Below are positions 1 through 7,594 of a stretch of DNA of 29,509 nucleotides, in pieces. The notes under the pieces are model-generated. The model saw only the letters and a list, made by a program, of their open reading frames with translations, was not told the origin of the DNA and did not search any database. Position 1 is the stretch's first letter. The number at the start of each line of letters is the position of its first letter. A program made the position numbers and the translations under genes. The stretch is from a virus (Duplodnaviria > Caudoviricetes). Location of the stretch: IMG/VR virus record IMGVR_UViG_3300049722_000006, positions 1-29,509 of that record, one strand, 5' to 3'.

Positions 1-1422
1 GATCTGCAGCGGGTTTCCATCTACCGCGGCAGTAATGTATTGCTTCCCGCTCTTGAGGGCCCTTTGCCGGAACAGCTCTTTGTGCTCAGGGTCCAGGTGC
101 TCCATGTCGTCCGCTATTACCGTCTTGCATTCGCAATCGGCAAGCTCGTTAATGGCGAAGGAAATCTCCATCCTTTCGGCTGTATTGACGATTCGGAACG
201 GGATGCCGTTGTAAACCAGTTCGCCGTCGACGATCTCCAGCCCGGGAACGGGAGAATCCTTTACGAGTTCGGTTTTCAGCTCTTCGAGTTTGGCTATAGC
301 GGAGGTCCGCTTGTCGGATTCCGCTTTAGCTTCCGCCCGAATCCTCTTCTGGTCGGCAATCAGTTTGCGGGCGGCTTCAGCGTCGGCATGCTGCTGGATG
401 CGGGATTTAGCTTCGCCGATCTCGATAGAGAGAGCCTGTGCTTTCGGTTCGTAGGCGGAGCGGGCGGCTTCCATCGCCAATGAGTAGCTTTCCGAAGCGG
501 CTGCGATTGCGGCATCCTTCTTTTTAGACTCGATGCCGATCGCAATTCCGGTGTCCTGCTGAAGCCTTTCTATTTTTGAGGCCGACTCTAATTCAAGTCT
601 GTGAATGGCTTCTCTCAAGTCGTCTTTGATCCCGTTGCAGGATTCGTCGCATTCTTTGTTGAGTGCGGCTTTATAGGATTCGTAAAGTTTTTCCGCCGCA
701 TCGCACGTCGCCTTTTGATCGTTCCGGATATTGGCGCCCTGGATCTTCGCGTTAGCCTTGAGGGTTTCCAGCTCCTCTGACTTCTGCTGGAATACTTCGG
801 TCCAATTCCCTTCGGGCGGATCCGGAGGAAGCGTCTCGGCGAGCTTCGCGGAGTAAATATCGGCTTGGTCCGCCGTCCGGTTGAATTCAGTGCGCTCTTT
901 ATAGAGAATCGAATAAATGCCCTTGTCTTTGTTGCCTATTACCTCCAGGGCGTGCTTGTCGAGGTCGATGCCATCCAGCGCCTTTACCGGAACGAATGCA
1001 AGTTGATCGGCCGTCACCTTGAGCGGCATGGCGGCTTGGTAGGCTTTGATCTGCTCCTTGCCGTCCATGCGCATAAATCGGAGAGGATCGTTTGACAGGG
1101 CCGCCGCGATCCGGTTGATGAATTCCGCCGTGCGCTTTACTTCGTGGCCATTTTCGTCTTCTACGGTCCAGTCGGTTTTCTTCGGCTTGGTCCGCATCTT
1201 TACTTTGTAGCCGTCGTCGAATTCAACCTCGATGGAGGCGAACTCGGCGCCGTTCCGGATGCGCGCGGCATCGTGATCATGGGTTAGGATGGCGCGGATA
1301 GCTTCGATTATGCTGCTCTTCCCATGGCCATTCTTTCCTGTGATCTCGCAATAGTCCCCGAAGTTCAGCACGAGATCCGGGACGCCCATGTAATTTTTGA
1401 TTGTCAGCTTTTTGAAAATCAT
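1..1422 (-). CDS. SMC/Rad50/SbcC-like ABC ATPase (AAA_23-type), 3'-truncated by the window edge
   Basis: Absent from the ORF track; N- and C-terminal parts translated by hand, both in the same frame. Starts MIFKKLTIKNYMGVPDL, Walker A GKNGHGKSS, C-terminal GLEIVDGELVYNGIPF...VNTAERM...VIADDMEHLD...KQYITA. SD AGAGGA before ATG 1422. Confidence 0.88.
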   Translation of the reverse strand, partial: MIFKKLTIKNYMGVPDLVLNFGDYCEITGKNGHGKSSIIEAIRAILTHDHDAARIRNGAEFASIEVEFDDGYKVKMRTKPKKTDWTVEDENGHEVKRTAEFINRIAAALSNDPLRFMRMDGKEQIKAYQAAMPLKVTADQLAFVPVKALDGIDLDKHALEVIGNKDKGIYSILYKERTEFNRTADQADIYSAKLAETLPPDPPEGNWTEVFQQKSEELETLKANAKIQGANIRNDQKATCDAAEKLYESYKAALNKECDESCNGIKDDLREAIHRLELESASKIERLQQDTGIAIGIESKKKDAAIAAASESYSLAMEAARSAYEPKAQALSIEIGEAKSRIQQHADAEAARKLIADQKRIRAEAKAESDKRTSAIAKLEELKTELVKDSPVPGLEIVDGELVYNGIPFRIVNTAERMEISFAINELADCECKTVIADDMEHLDPEHKELFRQRALKSGKQYITAAVDGNPLQI

Positions 1423-1456
1423 TTATGATTCCTCTCAGCTTATTTGCTTTACTCAG

Positions 1457-1636
1457 TCCGGGCGCTCTTCCGGGGCTCCCGGCCATTTTGTTTTGGAACG
1501 AACGATATTCCCAACCTTCAGCCCCGGCCTGTTCCCAAACCGGGGCTTTCGTAAAAGGTCACTCGCCGGAGAACGTCCCCGCCGGCTAGGATCTTGCCAG
1601 GCCTCGCGTTATCTGTCATAAGTTGAAGCCCGGCAA
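1457..1636 (-). ncRNA. Candidate structured RNA (cluster of hairpins upstream of the ATPase gene)
   Basis: Two 12-bp stems (1625-1636 with 1594-1605; 1520-1547 with GGAA loop) that need G.U pairs available only on the minus-strand RNA, plus shorter stems. Confidence 0.4.
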
Positions 1637-1639
1637 AAC

Positions 1640-1891
1640 TCATCTCCCCCGCCTTTCGCACGACCACGCAAGCTGTTCGGATGCCGTTTCAGGGTCGGGC
1701 GGGTTGGCTCTTCTTCGTAAGAGATCGAACGGATTGACAATCTGCTCGACGTCGTTGAAGGCATCACATTCTCCGGCTAGCAAATGCCTTTTGAGACCCC
1801 TGAAATCGTAGTCTGGCTCATTGCAGAATGGGCAGGGTATCAACCTCTCGGCAATCGGTCTCCCGATCCTTTCGTTTATAGGAGTGCTCAT
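1640..1891 (-). CDS. Small zinc-finger-like phage protein (83 aa)
   Basis: CPFC...LKRHLLAGEC motif. ATG 1891 overlaps the upstream TGA (ATGA), so the start is shorter than in the track. Confidence 0.7.
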   Translation of the reverse strand: MSTPINERIGRPIAERLIPCPFCNEPDYDFRGLKRHLLAGECDAFNDVEQIVNPFDLLRRRANPPDPETASEQLAWSCERRGR

Positions 1892-2109
1892 TTGGCACGC
1901 TCCGCAAGCATGGCGTCTGCAATTCGGTAGCATCGAGCCGAAAGAATCTCGTCCCAATTGTTAATCAGCGTCGATGGATTTAAATCGGCATACACTGCGG
2001 AAATCGCCTTAGCCGCGAGGTAGTCACGTAGCGAGATCCCCTTATAGGTCTCCGTCCCATCTGGAGAGTTACATGGAAACGCCGGTCCACCATCATTTTT
2101 ATTTACCAT
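1888..2109 (-). CDS. Conserved small phage protein (GGPAFP...LRDYxAAKA family)
   Basis: NDGGPAFP...GISLRDYLAAKA...CYRIADAMLAER, a recurrent phage early-region family of unknown function. Start at 2109 or 2118. Confidence 0.8.
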   Translation of the reverse strand: MVNKNDGGPAFPCNSPDGTETYKGISLRDYLAAKAISAVYADLNPSTLINNWDEILSARCYRIADAMLAERAK

Positions 2110-2258
2110 TTTACCCATCCCTTCGCCGCCCAATCCACCAAACACGCCGCCGCGATAATGGCCGCAATCCAAAGGGCGTCTTTGACGCGCTTGCGGCGGC
2201 GCTCATTGCGCCAGATTACGTTGCGAGCCGTGTCGAAGTCTGCGAGGTCGTTATGCAT
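2103..2258 (-). CDS. Small membrane protein (51 aa)
   Basis: Hand translation MHNDLADFDTARNVIWRNERRRKRVKDALWIAAIIAAACLVDWAAKGWVKW; SD AAGGAG; basic patch followed by one hydrophobic helix. Confidence 0.7.
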   Translation of the reverse strand: MHNDLADFDTARNVIWRNERRRKRVKDALWIAAIIAAACLVDWAAKGWVKW

Positions 2259-2418
2259 TAGGGCTCCTTTGCGTCATCCTAACTACCTTCCTGCTCTCAA
2301 TCGCCCGCCTCAATATCCGCTGATTCCGCGCTCGGGCTTCGTAGTCGAGCAGCTTGTCCGCGATGCTGATTGCCGGTCGACGTCAGAAGCGAAGCTTGAG
2401 ACGGTGGATTAGGCGCAT
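2251..2418 (-). pseudogene. Small ORF interrupted by an in-frame TGA
   Basis: MRLIHRLKLRF*RRPAISIADKLLDYEARARNQRILRRAIESRKVVRMTQRSPNA; fills the gap between neighbours with short overlaps at both ends; TGA at 2383-2385. Confidence 0.4.
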
Positions 2419-3005
2419 AGTTCCTCTGCAAATAATGGGTATGAAGATTCTTCTTCATACACCTTGCAGGGCATCAAGCAAACAATCCAATCCGCCCCGA
2501 TGAAATACATCTGAGTTTCAGCTCCAGAGATATAGAGCTTAATTTTTTCGTCCGAGAATCCCTGAAGGCCGCGAGCGAGAAGATTGCAATCAAGAAATAC
2601 ACTGAATAATTTACCAAATCTCTGCTCTGAAAATTTCCCTCCCTCGCCGTCGCATTTAGCGCAAAGAGCTTCATGGCCGCATTCTTTGCACGGAGGCATG
2701 CTGCCATTGCCATTGCATGTCGAGCATGGACTGTCCCATTCGGCAGGGCCAAGCCATGTCTTGAGATTTGCCAAGTCAACGATTTTGGGCTCAAGCCCTT
2801 GGAATGCCATCACCTTTTTAACAGCCAGTTCGCTTTTATCTTCTTTGGGGAATGAGGCATCGGCGCTCTCAATAGCTACAAGCAAGTGGCCATCGGAAAC
2901 GACAACATATTGCTTATCCATAAGACTGATGGAAACAGGCTCTTTAAGGAAAAGATATTTTCCTTCATCGCCGTAGTGGATTTTCTTAAGCCATTCAAGG
3001 TCCAT
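2409..3005 (-). CDS. Protein with DnaJ-type zinc finger and beta-clamp-like motifs (198 aa)
   Basis: CSTCNGNG...CKECG...CAKCDGEG; VVSDGHLLV and terminal VCLMPCKV resemble the DnaN ATDGHRL and xxMPxR motifs. Confidence 0.75.
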   Translation of the reverse strand: MDLEWLKKIHYGDEGKYLFLKEPVSISLMDKQYVVVSDGHLLVAIESADASFPKEDKSELAVKKVMAFQGLEPKIVDLANLKTWLGPAEWDSPCSTCNGNGSMPPCKECGHEALCAKCDGEGGKFSEQRFGKLFSVFLDCNLLARGLQGFSDEKIKLYISGAETQMYFIGADWIVCLMPCKVYEEESSYPLFAEELCA

Positions 3006-3006
3006 A

Positions 3007-3132
3007 TCAAATCTCCCGGTTCAGTTCCCTGCACAGCCATTCCGCGTTCTCCCGCGTTTCGATCCCGCTGATCACGACGCGGTTGTTGAGCGCGATGGCG
3101 AAGGTGGAATCGAATTCGATGATTTCGTACAT
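3007..3132 (-). CDS. Hypothetical phage protein (41 aa)
   Basis: MYEIIEFDSTFAIALNNRVVISGIETRENAEWLCRELNREI with SD AGGAG; shorter start than in the track. Confidence 0.65.
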   Translation of the reverse strand: MYEIIEFDSTFAIALNNRVVISGIETRENAEWLCRELNREI

Positions 3133-3210
3133 ATCGAATCTCCTATGCCATCCGCTTTTGTGTACCACGTTTTTCTTGGAAGCCTTTACGGGTGCAAGCA
3201 CTCGAACCAA

Positions 3211-3429
3211 TTACGCCTGTAGGCGCTCTTCGGCTTCCGTGGCTATCAGTTTTCGAATATCGAGTCCGAGAGCTTTGCAGAGGCTAAGAATGTTCCGAGG
3301 GTGGCCCTTGCGCCGTGACTCGATAGAGCACACGGTAGTTTGAGGCATCCTGGCCCTTCTCGCCAATTCCGCTTGGCTCCATCCTTTGGCTATTCGTTCT
3401 TTTGTGATTCGCTCAATATCGATCTTCAT
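3211..3429 (-). CDS. XRE/Cro-family helix-turn-helix regulator
   Basis: ERIAKGWSQAELARRARMPQTTVCSIES...LCKALG is a typical HTH_3 pattern. Confidence 0.92.
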   Translation of the reverse strand: MKIDIERITKERIAKGWSQAELARRARMPQTTVCSIESRRKGHPRNILSLCKALGLDIRKLIATEAEERLQA

Positions 3430-3435
3430 GATCTT

Positions 3436-3463
3436 ATTATCGGCAAAAGAAAAAAGAAGTCAA
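3436..3463 (-). promoter_or_regulatory. Sigma70-type promoter for the HTH gene and early operon
   Basis: TTGACT-N16-GATAAT, ending 6 nt before ATG 3429; AT-rich upstream sequence. Confidence 0.6.
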
Positions 3464-3842
3464 GCGCAAAATAACGAATTTCAACTAATTTATTTTGGTG
3501 GGTTTTTAATAGAGCAATAGTACGGCATCCCCGCCATTCCGAAGGGACGCAGGCTGAGATACTTTATGACTTATGCCAGTTCAGATCGTGATGCCCGAAA
3601 ACGTCTCAATAATCAGCGCTAAGATGTAAATTGGGCGGACCAGGTCGCAGCCGTAGGCGTTGCCTGGATTTATTTTTCCGATCATTGAATAAACTGCCCC
3701 GCCACAGACCATTTTCGACAGAGCGGGCAAATTTTTGTGATTCTTCTCTGTGATCATATTGCGAACTGACATTTTATCCAGTTGCTTTAGCGGGGATTTT
3801 GATGTTCCTTCCGGTGTTTAAGCCCGCCGGCAGGCTTTGTGA

Positions 3843-4214
3843 TTACAACGGCTCGACAGGTTCAACCGGAGGAACAGCCGGGATCGTGGGTTGATTATTC
3901 GCGGCCAGCTCCACAAGAGAATTCTTCGCCGCTTCGAGGTTGGCGAGCGGGGTTGCCATGATGGCTTCCACTTCAGCCGGGGTGGTCGCGTCTACCAACT
4001 GGGACTTCAGACCTTCGAACTGTGCGGCGATGGTCGTAATCGCGGCGGCGAGCTGATTGGAAAACTCGTTGACCTTGGCTGCCATTTGTTCAACTGCTAC
4101 TTTTACTGACATGATGAGCTCCTTAATTTCCTGCTGGTTTCGCAGGATTGATTTTTGGTTGTGATTGATTTTGTTCAACAAGTACGAAAAGACAGAATCC
4201 AAGAAATGCCACAT
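3843..4214 (-). CDS. Coiled-coil phage protein with Pro-rich tail
   Basis: Start MWHFLD at 4214 just after the upstream stop (4222); second in-frame ATG 4112 has SD AAGGAG; heptad-like Ala/Leu/Gln content. Confidence 0.75.
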   Translation of the reverse strand: MWHFLDSVFSYLLNKINHNQKSILRNQQEIKELIMSVKVAVEQMAAKVNEFSNQLAAAITTIAAQFEGLKSQLVDATTPAEVEAIMATPLANLEAAKNSLVELAANNQPTIPAVPPVEPVEPL

Positions 4215-4221
4215 GCTGGCC

Positions 4222-4929
4222 TCATTTGGAATTGAAAGAACGGATTTCGGAGTCCTGATTAATCCCCATGCATCGCGACTGCACCCGGTAGAAATAGTGC
4301 GTTCGCGGCGCCAACCCGGAGATACTGACGAGGTGATCCGTCGTGGAAAGATTATTGGCAACTACTGATTTTCCCAAGGCGGCCGTAAGACCATAAAACA
4401 CGACCCCGCTGCATTCCTCAGAGGTCGTCCAGGCAATGGTGGCGCTGTAGCTTTGGATGTCAGTTGTCATGATGACAGGAAATACAGGCAATGGCGCAGC
4501 CTCCCCGGGATCGCCCTTGTCGCCCTTCGGTCCAGCGACACCCTGTATTCCTTGCGGCCCAGCAGGTCCAGGCGGTCCAGGAGGACCAGGAGGACCTGGA
4601 GGACCTGGTTGGCCCAGAGATATTGGAGGCTGTACGGGATCGGCGCCGATTGTCGTGGAAACCTCGTTGGAGTATCCGCTCTCTTCGCCAGCAGCGTTGC
4701 TCGCTGTCACCGCAAAATAATACACCCCTGGCGTCAGACCTGTGACCATGTACGTGAGCACGTTCCCGATATTGATCGGCGCTGAATATGTGCGGGAAGC
4801 CTGGCCAACATAGACGCTGTAGCCGGTCACGTTGGACGATGGGCTCGCATCCCAAGCAAGGCCCACATCGGCAGCGATGGCAGGTAAAGCGAGCAGCAGC
4901 AATACGAAGGCGAAGAGCAATCGTTTCAT
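4222..4929 (-). CDS. Secreted protein: signal peptide, FN3 domain, collagen-like repeat, second FN3-like domain
   Basis: [19 protein letters not shown]|A; LAWDAS...GYSVY...[17 protein letters not shown]...ESGYSNEVS; 13 Gly-X-Y triplets; ATIAWTT...[20 protein letters not shown]. Confidence 0.9.
   Translation of the reverse strand: MKRLLFAFVLLLLALPAIAADVGLAWDASPSSNVTGYSVYVGQASRTYSAPINIGNVLTYMVTGLTPGVYYFAVTASNAAGEESGYSNEVSTTIGADPVQPPISLGQPGPPGPPGPPGPPGPAGPQGIQGVAGPKGDKGDPGEAAPLPVFPVIMTTDIQSYSATIAWTTSEECSGVVFYGLTAALGKSVVANNLSTTDHLVSISGLAPRTHYFYRVQSRCMGINQDSEIRSFNSK
4498..4614 (-). repeat. Collagen-like (Gly-X-Y)13 coding repeat
   Basis: [39 protein letters not shown]; 9-nt imperfect tandem repeat. 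Confidence 0.95.
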
Positions 4930-4960
4930 AGTATCTGCTTCACAATGATTTGTGCTGTTT

Positions 4961-5239
4961 TCATGGTTTCCTCTCAGGAACCTTAATTGTTATGGTTGCG
5001 GTAATTCCATTCACGCGATCCAGGATCCCATGCAGATCTTCCACGATTGTCAGAGCCAGGCCGTTCAGGCTGCTCACGATCTGCACTAGGTCTTCGTCGA
5101 TGTGCTCATCTGCGGAGTCCACGACGCGGTTAATAGCGCTAACCAGCTTGGGGATAGTCTGATCAATCACGCCGGTGAGCTTTGGCAGGGTTTCGTCATT
5201 GATTTTGTCGATTGATTTTTGGATGCCAATGAGGTCCAT
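4961..5239 (-). CDS. Hypothetical helical protein (92 aa)
   Basis: ORF in the co-directional gene run; internal repeat DETLPKL/DQTIPKL. Confidence 0.7.
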   Translation of the reverse strand: MDLIGIQKSIDKINDETLPKLTGVIDQTIPKLVSAINRVVDSADEHIDEDLVQIVSSLNGLALTIVEDLHGILDRVNGITATITIKVPERKP

Positions 5240-5244
5240 TTATT

Positions 5245-5469
5245 TCACTCCACGGGCGTAATATCGAAATAATAGGATTTGCCTATAACCAGTTGTTCGG
5301 CGGCCTTTGGATTGTCGATCTGGAATTCAGCCATCCCGCTTGGGGTGGCCTTCTGGAATGACACATCCTCCGCAACCTTCTGATCGTAGCAGCATCGGAA
5401 TATTGCCTTTGCTCCGCCCCATGATTGGGCAAACACGCCTTCCAAAGTCATTTTTGCTCTGATTGCCAT
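5245..5469 (-). CDS. Conserved small phage protein (74 aa)
   Basis: MAIRAKM...FQKATPSG...IDNP...GKSYYFDITP pattern; SD AGGAG. Confidence 0.8.
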   Translation of the reverse strand: MAIRAKMTLEGVFAQSWGGAKAIFRCCYDQKVAEDVSFQKATPSGMAEFQIDNPKAAEQLVIGKSYYFDITPVE

Positions 5470-5594
5470 CTTCTTTCTCCTGTCAAAAATATTAGTTAGT
5501 TCACCGATAAACTTTTTCTGATGCCTTTCCCACTCTCCGGGCGGGTTACAACAGGTTCAGTTGGGACCGCCTAAAACAAGTTCTCCAAGTGCCA

Positions 5595-6101
5595 TCATTT
5601 CACCCCGTAGCGAAATCCAAATCGAATCGTTGCATCATTATTACCGATGCTGCTGAAATTCCCCTGCCCGCCAACGATAATCCCCCATCCTTTACCAAGC
5701 GCGAAATGCCCAAAGCCGCCGACACTCCCCTGGACGCCGGTTTCATTGCCGGTCGTGGCGAGCCCGGGAGCCCCGATAACCCAAAGCGTCAGCTTGCCAA
5801 TGGTCGCCGTCTCAAAGGCGAATCCGCTAAAGGCTGTGAATTTAAGTTTGGGTATCACGCTGGCCGGTTGAACGATCGGTGCCACGTCGATGCCTGAATA
5901 CGAAAACAGTTTGCCTTTAAGCTGATGATCGTACGTTCCCCAGCCCATAATCTGCGGGGTTGCGTTTTGCGAAAATGCCATGCCCCCGGTTACTCCTTGC
6001 GTGGTTTCCTGAGCATCGGCCGGCATGCACAAAAATGCGATCATCGTTAAATCAAAGGCGACGAAAAACATAAAACGTATTGCGCGAAATGATTCTTTCA
6101 T
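5595..6101 (-). CDS. Putative outer-membrane beta-barrel-like protein with signal peptide
   Basis: Hydrophobic N-terminus ending ADA|Q; mature part made of alternating Gly/aromatic strands; ends IRFGFRYGVK; ATGA coupling. Confidence 0.6.
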   Translation of the reverse strand: MKESFRAIRFMFFVAFDLTMIAFLCMPADAQETTQGVTGGMAFSQNATPQIMGWGTYDHQLKGKLFSYSGIDVAPIVQPASVIPKLKFTAFSGFAFETATIGKLTLWVIGAPGLATTGNETGVQGSVGGFGHFALGKGWGIIVGGQGNFSSIGNNDATIRFGFRYGVK

Positions 6102-6295
6102 TTGATCCTCCCTATATGGATATTCCCGATCTCCCCGAATCCGCCAAACAGAATGGATATGATCCAGAGAATAACCACGATGACGACGACAATATTTAAA
6201 ATCTGTTTGATTTTCGCATCCATGGGAATCATGTTTACGAGATACAACAGGACTCCAATGATGATCAGGGTTACAACTAAGCCGATGAGAGACAT
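6098..6295 (-). CDS. Small two-helix membrane protein (Thivi_2564-like)
   Basis: LVVTLIIIGVLLYLVNMIPMDAKIKQILNIVVVIVVILWII; SD AAGGAG. Confidence 0.85.
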   Translation of the reverse strand: MSLIGLVVTLIIIGVLLYLVNMIPMDAKIKQILNIVVVIVVILWIISILFGGFGEIGNIHIGRIK

Positions 6296-6305
6296 GGTTT
6301 ACTCC

Positions 6306-6572
6306 TTATTTATCCCCTTGCGGGGGAGTTGTGACAGTTGTGGTGACGGTGCTGGCTGGCTCCGTGGTGCTGGTAATCGTAGGCTTGGCCGCAAAGATAT
6401 TATGGGCTGCATTCGCCGACAGGAGCGCACCCAAGATTGCCATCAAGCCAAATACTGCTTGAGTGGTGAACATTTCAGGCCACGTTTTGAAGCCCCCGCC
6501 CCAGCCGGCCAGAGCCAGCAGGACCGAACCTAAAAACACCATAAGCCTTTGATCACTGAGAAGTTTGTCCAT
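6306..6572 (-). CDS. Putative holin-like membrane protein (2 TM, Thr-rich tail)
   Basis: Two hydrophobic segments; lies just downstream of the endolysin. Function inferred from position only. Confidence 0.6.
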   Translation of the reverse strand: MDKLLSDQRLMVFLGSVLLALAGWGGGFKTWPEMFTTQAVFGLMAILGALLSANAAHNIFAAKPTITSTTEPASTVTTTVTTPPQGDK

Positions 6573-6733
6573 TATTCCAAAACCCCCATTTTTAGTTTCT
6601 CTTCTTTGCCGCGAATATAGACGATAGCCTGCCTGATAAAAAACTCCCGGTAGTCCCTGGTAATATCCAAGTCGGAGGCGATTTCCTCCAGCTTAAAAAG
6701 GAGCTGATCGGGCGCTATTTGTAGTGTGTCCAT
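6572..6733 (-). CDS. Hypothetical protein (53 aa)
   Basis: MDTLQIAPDQLLFKLEEIASD...; fills the gap, with TAATG coupling to the next gene. Confidence 0.6.
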   Translation of the reverse strand: MDTLQIAPDQLLFKLEEIASDLDITRDYREFFIRQAIVYIRGKEEKLKMGVLE

Positions 6734-7185
6734 ATAGCCTTCACGTCCGGATTCTGCCGGTAAAGCTCTTTGATTTCCGAGAGCGTCAAGCCGGGCATTT
6801 CGACATGGGGGAGATCGGGAAATTTCTTCCAGTTCCCACCCCAAACGAGTCCACACGTCTCAGCAACGGCGCCCATTTGCGTCCATGAGTTATGCAGGAT
6901 GCCCTTTGTTTCCCAGCTCCACTGGATTCCCGGCTTCTCGAGCTGGCCGTCCAGCACGTAATCCGATGCGAGTCCGTAATTGTGCATGGAGTCGCCGCCC
7001 TTGGCATTGGTGATGATGCTTCCCGGCTTCGTGCGGCCTTGCGCGTAGTACTCGTCCGACTGCTCAAAAGTGCGGTAGGCTTCATAGAGAAAGAACGGCA
7101 AATGGTCGATAGCCAACAGGCGTTCGAATTCCATGAGTCTCCTGACGAAGACAGGGCAAAGGAGGGTTTTATCGCGCGAGATCAT
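6715..7185 (-). CDS. Endolysin, peptidase M15 (L-Ala-D-Glu peptidase, CwlK/Ply500-like)
   Basis: YRT...GRTKPGSIITNAKGGDSMHNYGLASD...WGGNWKKFPDLPHVE zinc-binding motifs; ATG 7185 in an ATGA overlap. Confidence 0.92.
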   Translation of the reverse strand: MISRDKTLLCPVFVRRLMEFERLLAIDHLPFFLYEAYRTFEQSDEYYAQGRTKPGSIITNAKGGDSMHNYGLASDYVLDGQLEKPGIQWSWETKGILHNSWTQMGAVAETCGLVWGGNWKKFPDLPHVEMPGLTLSEIKELYRQNPDVKAIWTHYK

Positions 7186-7589
7186 TTTTTCACCAGTGCA
7201 TTTACGAGCGTTAGAATTAAAGCCAGTAGGCCAAGCCCGCCGACTAGATAGCTCCAAATGGCATTCTTCCCGGCTCCTGAGCCTTCGCCGCGATCCAGGC
7301 GGGCGCCGATCTGCTTCAATTCCTTATTCACGTTATCAAATTCGCTCTTCATCTCAATTCTAGTGGGGTTGGTCTTGACTAAATTATCTATTGTGCCACG
7401 AGATTCATTAAAAAGTTTCAGGCGACCATTTATAGATTCGAGGGCAGTGACAACGTTTTTCTCGCTATTCTCGAACATGGTCATGTAGCGCTTTTCGCGC
7501 TCATCGACGATCTGGCGTTCATGCCCGATACGCAATTCGAAATTCTCTTTAAGCAGATCCAGGATGCAGGGGCTTTCGGGGTCGCTCAC
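7182..7589 (-). CDS. Coiled-coil protein with C-terminal TM helix (lysis-associated, holin/XhlA-like)
   Basis: Charged helical body followed by AIWSYLVGGLGLLALILTLVNALVKK; coupled to the endolysin. Confidence 0.65.
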   Translation of the reverse strand: MSDPESPCILDLLKENFELRIGHERQIVDEREKRYMTMFENSEKNVVTALESINGRLKLFNESRGTIDNLVKTNPTRIEMKSEFDNVNKELKQIGARLDRGEGSGAGKNAIWSYLVGGLGLLALILTLVNALVKK

Positions 7590-7594
7590 GGGAT

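Noticed and set aside
40-1095. Plus-strand ORFs 40-483 and 865-1095
   Set aside because: Antisense to the SMC-like ATPase.
1510-1570. Hammerhead ribozyme around CGAAA plus stem
   Set aside because: No CUGANGA core in the right place, and the residue at the cleavage position would be G.
3581-3772. 63-aa ORF as a real gene or type I toxin
   Set aside because: Weak SD, no motif, only a short hydrophobic stretch; not listed as a feature.
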